From contig JBAXEI010000004.1 of NCBI GenBank assembly GCA_037140515.1, forward strand, positions 8,453 to 72,452: DNA of 64,000 nt. The letters run 5' to 3'. Numbering within the stretch: the first letter of the stretch is position 1; each line of letters opens with the position of its first letter. This document shows, piece by piece, positions 19,444-29,425 of the stretch. The DNA comes from Candidatus Berkelbacteria bacterium. Lineage in GTDB: Bacteria > Patescibacteriota > UBA1384 > XYA2-FULL-43-10 > 1-14-0-10-43-13. The position numbers and the translations under genes are program-made. Under the pieces are notes generated by a model. The model made no database searches. It had not been told where the DNA came from and worked only from the letters and a program-made list of their open reading frames with translations.

Positions 19444-20538
19444 TTAAAAAAGAGTCGTTTGATTTCTCGAGTCTTTAATCGCCAAATGTTTATATGCCGA
19501 ACTTGTAATTATTCTACCACGATTTGTTCGATTGATAAAGCCGAGCTGAAGTAGGTAGGGCTCAATCACATCTTCAATTGTATCACGATCTTCAGATAGC
19601 GCTGCTGAGATAGTTTCGAGGCCCACTGGTCCGCCAGCAAATTTCTCGATAATCATCATCAGATAATCTCTGTCAGTACGATCTAGGCCGATCGTATCAA
19701 TATTAAGCTTTGAAATTGCATCTTCGGCAATTTGCTTATCAACTTTGCCCGAGTGCTTAAACTCAGCAAAATCACGAACTCGCTTCAGGATCCTGTTGGC
19801 AATTCGCGGAGTTTTGCGTGATCTAGTAGCGATCTCCGTCATCCCACCATCGTCAATTTCGATATTTAAGATACGAGCTGAGCGATCAATGATTTGAGAA
19901 AGCTCTGCTTCACTGTAGAATTCTAGACGATGGACCACAGCAAAGCGATCGCGAAGTGGCGAAGAAAGCGCCCCAAACTTGGTCGTCGCGCCGACAAAGG
20001 TGAAGTGTGGTAAGTTTATCCGCATGCTCTTGGCCGATGGACCTTTACCGAGAATAATATCAACAGCGTAGTCTTCCATCGCCGAGTACAAAACTTCCTC
20101 TAAATTTCTATTTAGTCTGTGAATTTCATCAATAAATAAGACATCCCCTTCACTCAGATTAGTAAGAAGAGAGACCAAGTCCCCTGCTCGCTGAATAGCT
20201 GGTCCCGAAGTAATGCGCAGATTGGTGCCAAGCTCGTTCGCGATGATATGGGCAAGCGTCGTTTTTCCTAGTCCTGGAGGACCATATAGCAAAATATGCT
20301 CGACTGGCTCACCACGTTTCTTGGCTGCCCCAAGAAAAATCTCGAGATTTTCACGGATTTCAATTTGCCCGACATAGTCCGTCAGCTTCTTTGGTCGCAG
20401 AGAATTGTCGAGATTATCGTCTTCCTCAATCTCGTTCACCGTACTCAAGCTCTCAATATTTTCCGTCGCCAAATCAACCTCAAAATTCTCATCTTTGTTT
20501 GATTTCGGAGCTTTTTTCTTGTAGTTGGTGTTCGCCAT
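19444..20538 (-). CDS. ruvB: Holliday junction helicase RuvB
   Basis: [35 protein letters not shown]. Confidence 0.98.
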   Translation of the reverse strand: MANTNYKKKAPKSNKDENFEVDLATENIESLSTVNEIEEDDNLDNSLRPKKLTDYVGQIEIRENLEIFLGAAKKRGEPVEHILLYGPPGLGKTTLAHIIANELGTNLRITSGPAIQRAGDLVSLLTNLSEGDVLFIDEIHRLNRNLEEVLYSAMEDYAVDIILGKGPSAKSMRINLPHFTFVGATTKFGALSSPLRDRFAVVHRLEFYSEAELSQIIDRSARILNIEIDDGGMTEIATRSRKTPRIANRILKRVRDFAEFKHSGKVDKQIAEDAISKLNIDTIGLDRTDRDYLMMIIEKFAGGPVGLETISAALSEDRDTIEDVIEPYLLQLGFINRTNRGRIITSSAYKHLAIKDSRNQTTLF

Positions 20539-20634
20539 AGGGCAATTATATCAAAAAGAGTTCACAATACTAGCCTTGGGTACAAATACCAAAAAATCCC
20601 CTTGCGAGGATTGATTGGTCAAATGATTAATTGT

Positions 20635-21381
20635 TTACTGAACAAATGCAAAAGTTGATAATATTTTTCTGTCGACAGCCATATTTGCCTTCATCTCGTC
20701 TTCATGATCTTTTGCGCCAATGTATCTTAATTGCGCGCGATAGAGATTGGTGCCATTTACAAAGAAATAATCCTCGGTATATTCAACACCCTCCTTATTC
20801 TGCTCAACATAATATGATGCAAGCCTAGAGTAACCAAGTACATCTCCGACTGTTACAGACTTAAAAACTGTATTAGATATTTTTTGAAATTTCGAGGACG
20901 GAACTAAAGCACGAATCATTCCTAATGGATCAGTCTCACCCGCAGGAAGATTAAAATCAAAAATCATACCACCTAATTTTATCTCAATAGCGTTTGTTGT
21001 AGTTTTTTGATCGAGATACAAACTATTTAGATTCAACCCATCGTTGTCAGTCCTTGTAGCACAGAGCTGATCGTACTTGGTAGCGCCCACTCCACATTCA
21101 AACTCGACATTATATTCTGCGGGAGCGTCGACTGTATAGCCATATTTCTGATTAAAATAGTTTTTCCAACCAGCTATTGGATCAGCAGCCGTTGTTCCAC
21201 TCGTCACCGCTATTCCACTAGTCGCAGCTTCATCTGCAAGTCTCTGATTTAGAGTGTCGAGCTCTGTTTGTAACTTATCCTTGTCCTTCTTTGCATGGCT
21301 ATCGATCAGATACCAAGTTCCGCCGCCAACAATCGCTGCTGTCGCCACCGCAGTGATGACAATAATCCAGATTCTTTTCAT
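20635..21381 (-). CDS. Membrane-anchored extracytoplasmic protein (TM, coiled coil, PsbP-like domain)
   Basis: TAAIVGGGTWY TM; WKNYFNQKYGYTVDAP and ILSTFAF motifs; start re-set to MKRIW. Confidence 0.7.
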   Translation of the reverse strand: MKRIWIIVITAVATAAIVGGGTWYLIDSHAKKDKDKLQTELDTLNQRLADEAATSGIAVTSGTTAADPIAGWKNYFNQKYGYTVDAPAEYNVEFECGVGATKYDQLCATRTDNDGLNLNSLYLDQKTTTNAIEIKLGGMIFDFNLPAGETDPLGMIRALVPSSKFQKISNTVFKSVTVGDVLGYSRLASYYVEQNKEGVEYTEDYFFVNGTNLYRAQLRYIGAKDHEDEMKANMAVDRKILSTFAFVQ

Positions 21382-21413
21382 TTTCCCTCGCAAGTTATTA
21401 ATTTAAATTTCAT

Positions 21414-21599
21414 TTATTTTACGGTGCTTCCAGTAGTGACTTGATTCAGCTCATTTACCTGCTTGCCTAGATCATTTACCTGCTTTTCGAGATCCTTTGT
21501 GAGTCGGCCAGAATATTGGTTCATCAAATATTGAGTCCCAAAGCCAAAAACAGCCGCCGTGATAGCGATGGTAATCAAAATTATTACAGTAGATCTCAT
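21414..21599 (-). CDS. Small TM plus coiled-coil protein
   Basis: 61 aa, GGAGGG RBS, resembles the N-terminus of the downstream gene. Confidence 0.7.
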   Translation of the reverse strand: MRSTVIILITIAITAAVFGFGTQYLMNQYSGRLTKDLEKQVNDLGKQVNELNQVTTGSTVK

Positions 21600-21668
21600 T
21601 TTCCCTCCTAGCTAATAACAGACAATATATTAATTATACACGAAAATAGATATGCGAAATATACAAAA

Positions 21669-22250
21669 TTATTTTGCCAAGTTTTTGAGGCAACACTTCA
21701 TCTTGTCTTCGAGAGTTTCGGCAGTAGACGGGATTTTGCCAATCACAGACATGATTTCTGCCTGTTTGTAGCCAAGAGATTGTAGCGCTTCAGTCAGGTC
21801 TTCGCTTGCCGAGTCGCCAGAAAGAATATTGACGCTTCTATCTCCAGAAAGCTTAGATTTGAGATCAAGAATTATCTTGGCAGCTGCTTTCTTGCCGATG
21901 CCAGAGATCGCGGTAAAGAAACCGAGATTGTCAGAGATGATCGCGCGCACGATCTCATCTGCCTTGCCTGAGCTCATGATCGCCATTCCCGCCTTCGGGC
22001 CGACACCATTTACCGAGATCAATCTTTCGAAAAGCTCCAGCTCTTCATAGGAAATAAAGCCATAAAGATCATCGGCATCTTCGCGGATATGTTCGTGAAC
22101 AAAAAGCTCGATCGGCTCCTGCAGATCGACAATGTTTGGCTTGATCTCAATCTGTGGGCTGACGATCACCTTGTGACCGACGCCGCCAGTCTCAACGATC
22201 AAGACGCCCCATCGAGCCAAAACAACTTTTCCTTTTAGATATGAAATCAT
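21669..22250 (-). CDS. ruvA: Holliday junction protein RuvA
   Basis: MISYLKG, IRED-LYGF, LISVNGVGPK, GIGKKAA-KIILDLK, EALQSLGY. Confidence 0.97.
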   Translation of the reverse strand: MISYLKGKVVLARWGVLIVETGGVGHKVIVSPQIEIKPNIVDLQEPIELFVHEHIREDADDLYGFISYEELELFERLISVNGVGPKAGMAIMSSGKADEIVRAIISDNLGFFTAISGIGKKAAAKIILDLKSKLSGDRSVNILSGDSASEDLTEALQSLGYKQAEIMSVIGKIPSTAETLEDKMKCCLKNLAK

Positions 22251-22258
22251 TGAAATTA

Positions 22259-23194
22259 TTAAAGTTTAATTTTTTCTAGCTCAGCGAGACAGGCTTCTAG
22301 TAAGTGCGAAATTTCATCTTTTGTCATATGACCGCTACGATATATTTCTGATTTATCATTCTTGATCATGATATTTAGATTACAGATAGTGTCTGCCAAA
22401 TAGTAGAAGACGTAAAAATGGAAAAATGGCAATTCTTTAGCAGCTATATTAAGTTTTTCAACGAATCTCTTCTGCCATTCGGGATAAAGAATACTGCACA
22501 CATACACGTCTGCAAAGTCACGCCAACGGCTGTCGTAGCAAGAAAGTTCCCAATCAATGATGCCAGTGACTTTGTCATCCTGATAAATAATATTGCCCGG
22601 ATTCATATCAGCATGAGAAAGTCCGATATTTTCTTTCAAATAGCCTTCCAGATTGCTGTTCGCAAAGCTCTTCCATTTATCTAGTACAGTAAAATCATTG
22701 TTTGGCCACTCTGCTTTGAAATGATCATATCTTTTGTTATAAAAATCAAAGGCTTTGTAGGGGCGCTCTGTAAGGCTCGGCTTTGCCGCAAAGAATGCGT
22801 CAAAAATCGGAACTAACTTGGCAGGATCAATTTTGTCTATAAAATCCTGAGTGAACTTAAAGGAAGTACCTGCCTTATCGCCAGGGACAAGAGTTTGAAT
22901 AATCCAAAGTTTCTCTGCGCTACAGTCCAGCACTCGAGGCTGATGAGATGACCCAACGGACTCTAGAGCTCTCAGGATTGATATCTCGTTAGCAAAGTTT
23001 ATGTAGTCTCCTGGATTGACCTTCAGCACATATCGTACCGTAATGTCTTGTCCGCCTAGCTTACCTCGGATAACTGCCCGATGGTATTTTTGTTCGGCCT
23101 GTTTTCGAACGTCAAGAATATCGTATCCACTTAGATCTTTTCTTGATTTCAAAAAATTCTCTACTTCTGCTATCTTTTCAGACAACTCATCCAT
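22259..23194 (-). CDS. APH/choline-kinase-family phosphotransferase
   Basis: Brenner motif HADMNPGNI and IIDWE. Confidence 0.85.
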   Translation of the reverse strand: MDELSEKIAEVENFLKSRKDLSGYDILDVRKQAEQKYHRAVIRGKLGGQDITVRYVLKVNPGDYINFANEISILRALESVGSSHQPRVLDCSAEKLWIIQTLVPGDKAGTSFKFTQDFIDKIDPAKLVPIFDAFFAAKPSLTERPYKAFDFYNKRYDHFKAEWPNNDFTVLDKWKSFANSNLEGYLKENIGLSHADMNPGNIIYQDDKVTGIIDWELSCYDSRWRDFADVYVCSILYPEWQKRFVEKLNIAAKELPFFHFYVFYYLADTICNLNIMIKNDKSEIYRSGHMTKDEISHLLEACLAELEKIKL

Positions 23195-23220
23195 TGTAAC
23201 CCCAAGATTATATTTAATAA

Positions 23221-24072
23221 TTATCTACTAATTACCTTTGCTACTTCCGCAAAACCAGCTTGACCAACTTTTTCAATGTTACGAATATTTGAAGGCAATA
23301 CTTCGGGAACTTTTGTCGAGCCACTCAGCAGAAAACCCTTGTCACATACCTGCAAAAAACTGACATCGTTTGGAGCATCGCCGACACCGTATGTAATTAT
23401 TCCGGGTGCAATTTGCTTTACGATATTAATAAATAATTTTACTGCCGATCCCTTGTCCTGCTTGATTGAGATATGAGCGAAACGACCACCACGATGATAG
23501 TGAAGACCGTGATCAGTGATTATCTGCTTCGCAAAATCATAGTCTGCATCCAGACCGTTTTCGATATAAAATGGCTCGTCGCAATCTCGTTTTTTTGACA
23601 GCGCAGCCTGCTCAAGAGTCAGACCTGTCAGCTCGGATAGTGCTTGATCGGAAAAATCTCCAAAGCCATAAACTATCTTTCCTATCCTTGGTTCAACCTC
23701 TTTTTTTAAAACACTTCGGAGGCTAGAATAGTCAGCACGGCCAAAGCTCAGGATAATGTAGCCTAAATAGTCTTTTCTCGAGACCTCATCATATTTGTCT
23801 AGATCTACCTGATCAGCAACCTCCTCTGACAAATATATTGCAGCACCATTCTCAACAATAAATGATAATTTTCTTTTCAAACCCTTTTCTTTGAGAGCAG
23901 AAAAAAGGGCAAAAACCTCTGCTGCTGTCTTGCTTGTTACAAAAACCACTTCGTTGCCTTGCTCAAGAAAGGTGTTCAGAGCTTCATATGATCTCTCAAA
24001 CGAGTAATCATGATGGTCAAGAAAGGTCCCATCTAGGTCGCTAAAAAGTATTTTCGAAGTTAAATTATTCAT
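23221..24072 (-). CDS. HAD-IIB mannosyl/glucosyl-3-phosphoglycerate phosphatase (MpgP/GpgP-like)
   Basis: FSDLDGTFLD, TSKTAAE, IVENG, GGRF-H, DKG-AV, GDAPND; start re-set to MNNLT. Confidence 0.88.
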   Translation of the reverse strand: MNNLTSKILFSDLDGTFLDHHDYSFERSYEALNTFLEQGNEVVFVTSKTAAEVFALFSALKEKGLKRKLSFIVENGAAIYLSEEVADQVDLDKYDEVSRKDYLGYIILSFGRADYSSLRSVLKKEVEPRIGKIVYGFGDFSDQALSELTGLTLEQAALSKKRDCDEPFYIENGLDADYDFAKQIITDHGLHYHRGGRFAHISIKQDKGSAVKLFINIVKQIAPGIITYGVGDAPNDVSFLQVCDKGFLLSGSTKVPEVLPSNIRNIEKVGQAGFAEVAKVISR

Positions 24073-26254
24073 GCAACTTCGCCTTATCAATCGGCCAGCG
24101 GGGCTTACGATCAGCAAATTTCTCCCGATATTCTGCAACTTCATTGATCGCAGGTAGCTGAGATTCTAGGATTTTGATACTTTTGAAAGTATAGATATCA
24201 TCCTCAGACACAGGCTCATCAAGCAAACGCACCTTACCATGTATGTGAAGGCGATTGAAAACAGCTTGCATGATACCAAAGGATAGCTTACTCAAGCTCG
24301 CAAGCGACTGATTTCGATGAACACGAATCTTCAGATCAGACTGAGCAATGATGTCCAAACCATATTTTGTATAAATATCGATCATCATACATGTTTCAAG
24401 CGCATAATTGATACAAAAAGGAATAGACTCGAGAACTTCTCGTCGACCAGCGTACTCCCCTGAAAGCGGCTGAATAAGTTTGGATAGCTCAGGATAGAAA
24501 GTATTCAGAAGTGGTCTAACAGTAAGCTCAGTGACACGTCCCCCACCGCTGCTGTTCAGACTATCACCAAGTTGTAGAGGTCTTCGGTAGAAACCCTTCA
24601 CAAAGCCAATCTCATCGTTCGTGAGAAGCGGACCGAGCAAGCCATAGATAAATCTCGGATCGAAATTTCGAATGTCTGTATCAACCCAACAAATAATATC
24701 CGATTTGACGATAAAGAGACTTTTCCAAAGGTTATCGCCCTTACCCCAACCACCAGCGCTCCTATCTGTCGAGATAGGCACGTCCTTTGTTTGATATATT
24801 GGGACTCCAAGTTTTTCTACGATATCAATCGTACCATCAGTAGAACCGCTATCAATAACGATAAACTCGTCAATCAATTTATTTTTTGTAATAAAATTTT
24901 CCTTGATCATTTCGACAATGTAGCCGATGGTTTCAGCTTCATTTTTTGTTGGGAGAGCTACAGCAATCGTTAGCTTCTTCTGCTCTTTCAATTTAACAAG
25001 CTTGGCAATGTGCGAAAACGTACTGTAATGGAAAGTATTTCGCTTGAACCAGTCAAGATTAGATTCTTTGATACGAAGCCATCTCTTTAGCATATATGGC
25101 AGCTGAACTCGGAACTCTGCTGCGATTTTCTGCGTATGTTCCTCTGCTTGTGCGGAAGTCATATCTTTCACCTCCAGAGAATACCCGGCGACTCGACCAT
25201 AATAGAGAACAGTGAATACACTCATCAGCTCATCTTTGCTGATTGGACTTTGATTATATTTCACTGCGAAATCAAAAACCATTTTCACCCAAAATTTGAT
25301 CGGAAATGCAAACGTTGCAGGCTTCTGATTTGCGATTCGGTACAGCTCCTCAAAGTCCTCTTTCAACAACAAATCAAGATAAACCTTCCGATATCTTTTG
25401 ATACCCCGACGAAATTCATGAATAAGGTTGTTCGTATTTATTTTTATCGGAGGGACATCAAGTGTAATGGGCATATTGACGATTGGTACTGGATGGATTC
25501 TTTTTCCCTTTTTCCAGACATCCTGATATTGCCCAACAAGTTCAAAAACAACACTAGCAACCTGAGAAAGCATCGGCCCTAGGCCTCTAGGATCCTTCGG
25601 GTCATGAATTTTTGCTCCAAGATTTGCTTGGCCAATCTTGAACCCCTCACAAATCGCCGTTGTGGTTAAGAAAATATCGATTCCGTACTTCGCCACATTT
25701 GTTTCCCAAACATCTTTTGCCAAAATCGTTTCAGCGTATCGGAGAGAAAATGCAAAATCGCCACCAATTGGCTGGTGTATGTCCCCACCAAAAAGAGAAT
25801 TTGTCATTGGGTAAACTAAATTTCTGGTAATAGTACCATCGTATTTATCACGAAGATAGTTTGGGGAAATATAGTGATACTCCTCATGAACAACAGGGTC
25901 CAACAAGTATTTTGCCCATTCTGGCGTAACACTTCTGATATCGGCGTCAATGATCATGCCAGCGCCCGCTTGTTCAGCAACAATCTGCTTCAATATTTCT
26001 CTTATCGCATCCCCTTTGCCAGAAATGACAACATGCTCGATAGAGATTTTATCAACATTCGCTGGCGTTTCGACAGCGTTAAAGTTTTTGACAGTGTCGT
26101 CTATCGAACCTCCATCAGAATTCGCAATTGCACAATTCAGGTCGGGGAAATATTTCCCAAGCCCTTGTGCGATTTGGTCAACAACAAATCCGATAGTTTT
26201 AGCGTTATTATAGCTAGGAATTCCTATCAAGATGTCATATTTTTTGCTTTGCAT
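24065..26254 (-). CDS. Fusion of a glucosylglycerate/mannosylglycerate synthase-like domain and a glucosyl-3-phosphoglycerate synthase (GpgS) domain
   Basis: N-half GIPSYNN, DGGS-D-T, DADIRS, KYDGTIT, QPIGGDF, YGIDI, KIHDPKDP; C-half LPTKNE, GKGDNLWKSL, DTDI, VKGFYRRPL, GGRVTEL, QPLSGEYAG, HRNQSL. Confidence 0.85.
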   Translation of the reverse strand: MQSKKYDILIGIPSYNNAKTIGFVVDQIAQGLGKYFPDLNCAIANSDGGSIDDTVKNFNAVETPANVDKISIEHVVISGKGDAIREILKQIVAEQAGAGMIIDADIRSVTPEWAKYLLDPVVHEEYHYISPNYLRDKYDGTITRNLVYPMTNSLFGGDIHQPIGGDFAFSLRYAETILAKDVWETNVAKYGIDIFLTTTAICEGFKIGQANLGAKIHDPKDPRGLGPMLSQVASVVFELVGQYQDVWKKGKRIHPVPIVNMPITLDVPPIKINTNNLIHEFRRGIKRYRKVYLDLLLKEDFEELYRIANQKPATFAFPIKFWVKMVFDFAVKYNQSPISKDELMSVFTVLYYGRVAGYSLEVKDMTSAQAEEHTQKIAAEFRVQLPYMLKRWLRIKESNLDWFKRNTFHYSTFSHIAKLVKLKEQKKLTIAVALPTKNEAETIGYIVEMIKENFITKNKLIDEFIVIDSGSTDGTIDIVEKLGVPIYQTKDVPISTDRSAGGWGKGDNLWKSLFIVKSDIICWVDTDIRNFDPRFIYGLLGPLLTNDEIGFVKGFYRRPLQLGDSLNSSGGGRVTELTVRPLLNTFYPELSKLIQPLSGEYAGRREVLESIPFCINYALETCMMIDIYTKYGLDIIAQSDLKIRVHRNQSLASLSKLSFGIMQAVFNRLHIHGKVRLLDEPVSEDDIYTFKSIKILESQLPAINEVAEYREKFADRKPRWPIDKAKLHE

Positions 26255-26274
26255 TTGTTGCCTTGTTTTCTATA

Positions 26275-27303
26275 TTAAACTATCATTTCATAATACAATT
26301 TTTCATAGCCGTCAATCATTTTGTCTAGGCTGAAATTATTATCCACCCAAACTCTGCACTCACGTCTAGAAATCTTATCGATATCCTTCAGGCGAAGTGC
26401 AGCTTCCTGCCAGTCTTTTACAACATAGCCGCTCACACCGTCGCTGACAACCTCCGGCATAGCACCTCGTCTTGTAGTGATAACTGGCGTGCCGCAGGCC
26501 ATGGCCTCAACAGGCACCAAGCCATATGGCTCATCCCAATTTATCAAATTGAGCAGAGCCTTTGCATCTCCTAGAAGCTTTGATTTTGCCTGATCATCAA
26601 CTTCACCAATAAACTTCACTTTTTCACCATCAATTAAAGGTTTGATTTGCTGCTGATAATACTCCTCGTCTTCCTTGTTTATTTTTCCAGCAAGGATTAT
26701 ATTTTCACCAGCTTCTTTCGCTGCAAGAATGGACTCTTTGGTGCCTTTGATATAAGAAATTCTGCCGAGCCAGACAACATAATCAGATTTTGGCTTCTCA
26801 TTGCAATAATACAATGAAGTATCTACGCCATTGTGTATTACCGTTGCATTTGCCATGTTTGAAACTTGCTTCTGATTTTCAGATATAGCAACGTATTCCA
26901 CGTTATTACACAGATCAAAAAGCTCCTTCATTTCTTTTGCAACCTCCAAATGGAGAGTATGAACCATCGGCGTTTTGATAACTTGACTCAGGATCAGAGG
27001 CTCATAAAAAGTATGATCATGTATTACGTCAAAATCTCCGTGCATGTCGAGAAGTTTTTTGAGCATCAGATAATTATATGCCTGCGGTCTCTTGACCGTA
27101 GTATCGCGGAATAGCGCAACTGGGCAAACCGAAACCAAAGGAAATTCCTTTGTGGAGTCGCCTGATGCGAATAAAGTAACTTCGTGACCACGCTTCGAAA
27201 GACCTTCGAGCAAATTATAAACAATTCTTTCAATTCCACCGTATAGTTTCGGTGGAACTGATTCCCAAAGTGGTGCGTATTGGGCTATCCTAAGCTTTTT
27301 CAT
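26275..27303 (-). CDS. GT4 glycosyltransferase
   Basis: APLWESVPPKLYGGIE, LFASGDS, EPYGLV-VEAMACGTPV. Confidence 0.93.
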   Translation of the reverse strand: MKKLRIAQYAPLWESVPPKLYGGIERIVYNLLEGLSKRGHEVTLFASGDSTKEFPLVSVCPVALFRDTTVKRPQAYNYLMLKKLLDMHGDFDVIHDHTFYEPLILSQVIKTPMVHTLHLEVAKEMKELFDLCNNVEYVAISENQKQVSNMANATVIHNGVDTSLYYCNEKPKSDYVVWLGRISYIKGTKESILAAKEAGENIILAGKINKEDEEYYQQQIKPLIDGEKVKFIGEVDDQAKSKLLGDAKALLNLINWDEPYGLVPVEAMACGTPVITTRRGAMPEVVSDGVSGYVVKDWQEAALRLKDIDKISRRECRVWVDNNFSLDKMIDGYEKLYYEMIV

Positions 27304-28327
27304 TTTTTATACCTGCCATTTTTTTATAAACTGCTTCATAATTATCCACCATTTTCTCAATGGAAAATTTCTCTTCAACAAATTTGCGACATTTGGCTCG
27401 ATCAATTTGGCTGATTTTTCCAACCGCTTCGATCGCACTTTCAGGCGAACCATCAGTAATGAAACCGTTTAAGCCATCCTCTACTAGCTCAGGGAAGGCG
27501 CCACGTGGATTTACGATCACAGGTGTACCACAAGCATTTGCCTCTGGTACCACTAAGCCAAAAGGCTCATCCCAATTAATCAAAGAGACGAGAGCTTTTG
27601 CATTTTTCAATAGCTCAACCTTCTGTTTGAAATCTACCTCGCCAATATAAACTATTTTCTCATTATCGATTTTTGGCTCAACGTATTTTTTGAAATATTC
27701 TTCGTCCTCGATTTTCGCGGCCATGACCAACTTTTCGCCAGTCGCAAGAGCAAGGTCAATCGCCTCTCTCGCACCTTTGATATTATCAAAACGGCCGAGA
27801 AAGCAAAGATATTCCCCAGACTCGCTCGAGAATTCATAATCATTTACTGGAACACCGTTGTAAACGGTATCTATATAGTTGAGATCAGGATAATCTTTAC
27901 GTTGATTGTCAGAAATCGATGCAAGATAAAAATTATCTTTTACCTGCTCATAAAGCTTAGCACGACACCTTGTAACTGGCGTGTGTAAAGTGGTCAAAAC
28001 TGGAGTCGAAGTCAATCGCGAGAGGACAGTCCCATAGGGCCCCAAGTGTTCATGGATGACGTCATACTTCTTCCCACTATCGACTAGCTGATAGAGCATC
28101 GAGAGACAACACGAAGGTATATCTTTAAAATCCTGCGTATTCCACAGACCGGTAGGAACAACTCCGACTAAATTCGCTGATGTTTTGGAGTCACCAGTCG
28201 CATACAAATCGACTTCGTGCCCACGCTTCACCAGCTCTTCTGTCAAGTAGTACACAACGAATTCGCTTCCACCATATTTATCCGGCGGAATTTTGATTGC
28301 GATTGGAGCAACTATAGCAATTTTCAT
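27290..28327 (-). CDS. GT4 glycosyltransferase (paralog of neighbour)
   Basis: IPPDKYGGSE, LYATGDS, EPFGLV-PEANACGTPV. Confidence 0.93.
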   Translation of the reverse strand: MKIAIVAPIAIKIPPDKYGGSEFVVYYLTEELVKRGHEVDLYATGDSKTSANLVGVVPTGLWNTQDFKDIPSCCLSMLYQLVDSGKKYDVIHEHLGPYGTVLSRLTSTPVLTTLHTPVTRCRAKLYEQVKDNFYLASISDNQRKDYPDLNYIDTVYNGVPVNDYEFSSESGEYLCFLGRFDNIKGAREAIDLALATGEKLVMAAKIEDEEYFKKYVEPKIDNEKIVYIGEVDFKQKVELLKNAKALVSLINWDEPFGLVVPEANACGTPVIVNPRGAFPELVEDGLNGFITDGSPESAIEAVGKISQIDRAKCRKFVEEKFSIEKMVDNYEAVYKKMAGIKNEKA

Positions 28328-28355
28328 TTTTTGTTCTCCTATTAGGAATCATCTA

Positions 28356-29423
28356 CTACTCTTTGTTCAACTTTTTTAAATCTTGGTATATAGCCTCTTC
28401 ACCACAGCTATAGTGTTCTTTCTGACTTTTGATCATTTCTGCTCTTTTCTCTTCATCGTAGAGCAAGGACTCGATAGTCTTATACATCAGATTCACGTCA
28501 TCATCATAGAAATGCATCTTGCAAAGGCCAGCCTTCACAAAAGGCTGAATCTCCCACGAATGTGCATGAATTTTCTCTTCTGGAGCAGGTGTAGCTACGT
28601 TTGCTACAACAGGAATTCCAGCAGAGATACATTGTTCAAGCGTTCCTAATCCTTGATGCTGAAAAACCATATCAGAAGCAGCCAATAATTGATAGAACAC
28701 ATCACTATTTGTTTTGATTTTTAGATGCTGAATCCAAGGTTTCTCTGGCTCCTCGCCGCTCAGGAATAAAACTTTTACCTTATCGCCATGTCGCAGATAA
28801 ACTTCATCCATAACCGCGATATACTTATCATAGAAATCTTTGCGCAGAGTAACCCCACTACCAATATATGAAAAAATGAGCTTTTGATCTTCAGTAAGGC
28901 CAATTTCTTTACGAAGATTTAAGAGCACGGCTTCTTCTGGCTTCTTGTATGAAGGAACCAGGCCAATCGGCAAAATCTTTTTTGAAACCTCTTCAGGAAT
29001 GGTATAGTTCCCGCCATTTTCAACAAGACCATTTTTGTATACATCAAGCGGAAAATTCAAATATATCTTGTCTATCCACTGTATATATGGAAACCTATCC
29101 GGCTGATTGAACAACCAATTAGAGTCAAGAGAAACGACATAAGGCTTGTTTTGAGGGGCTTCGGTGCGAAATTTCTCATCTTTAAACATCGCCTTGGAAT
29201 TACACAAAATCACTACGTCAAAACCTCCCTCTGAAATAATTGATTTCACCTCATCGCCATTGTTTGTCACCCAAAACGGGCAAGAAAGATTATTGATGAA
29301 ATGTCGATTCTCTTCTAGCAGAAGAATGAAGGAAACATCTTCTTTCTTTTCCAATAAATGTTTTCCTATTGCGGCGCCTTGAGATGTCTCGCCAGGGCCC
29401 ATAGTGATGATCAAAAATTTCAT
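28356..29423 (-). CDS. Putative GT-B fold glycosyltransferase
   Basis: ITMGPGE, SYIGSG, LLAASDMVFQHQGLGTLEQCISAGIPVV resembles the GT28/GT1 donor-binding motif. Confidence 0.7.
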   Translation of the reverse strand: MKFLIITMGPGETSQGAAIGKHLLEKKEDVSFILLLEENRHFINNLSCPFWVTNNGDEVKSIISEGGFDVVILCNSKAMFKDEKFRTEAPQNKPYVVSLDSNWLFNQPDRFPYIQWIDKIYLNFPLDVYKNGLVENGGNYTIPEEVSKKILPIGLVPSYKKPEEAVLLNLRKEIGLTEDQKLIFSYIGSGVTLRKDFYDKYIAVMDEVYLRHGDKVKVLFLSGEEPEKPWIQHLKIKTNSDVFYQLLAASDMVFQHQGLGTLEQCISAGIPVVANVATPAPEEKIHAHSWEIQPFVKAGLCKMHFYDDDVNLMYKTIESLLYDEEKRAEMIKSQKEHYSCGEEAIYQDLKKLNKE

Positions 29424-29425
29424 AT

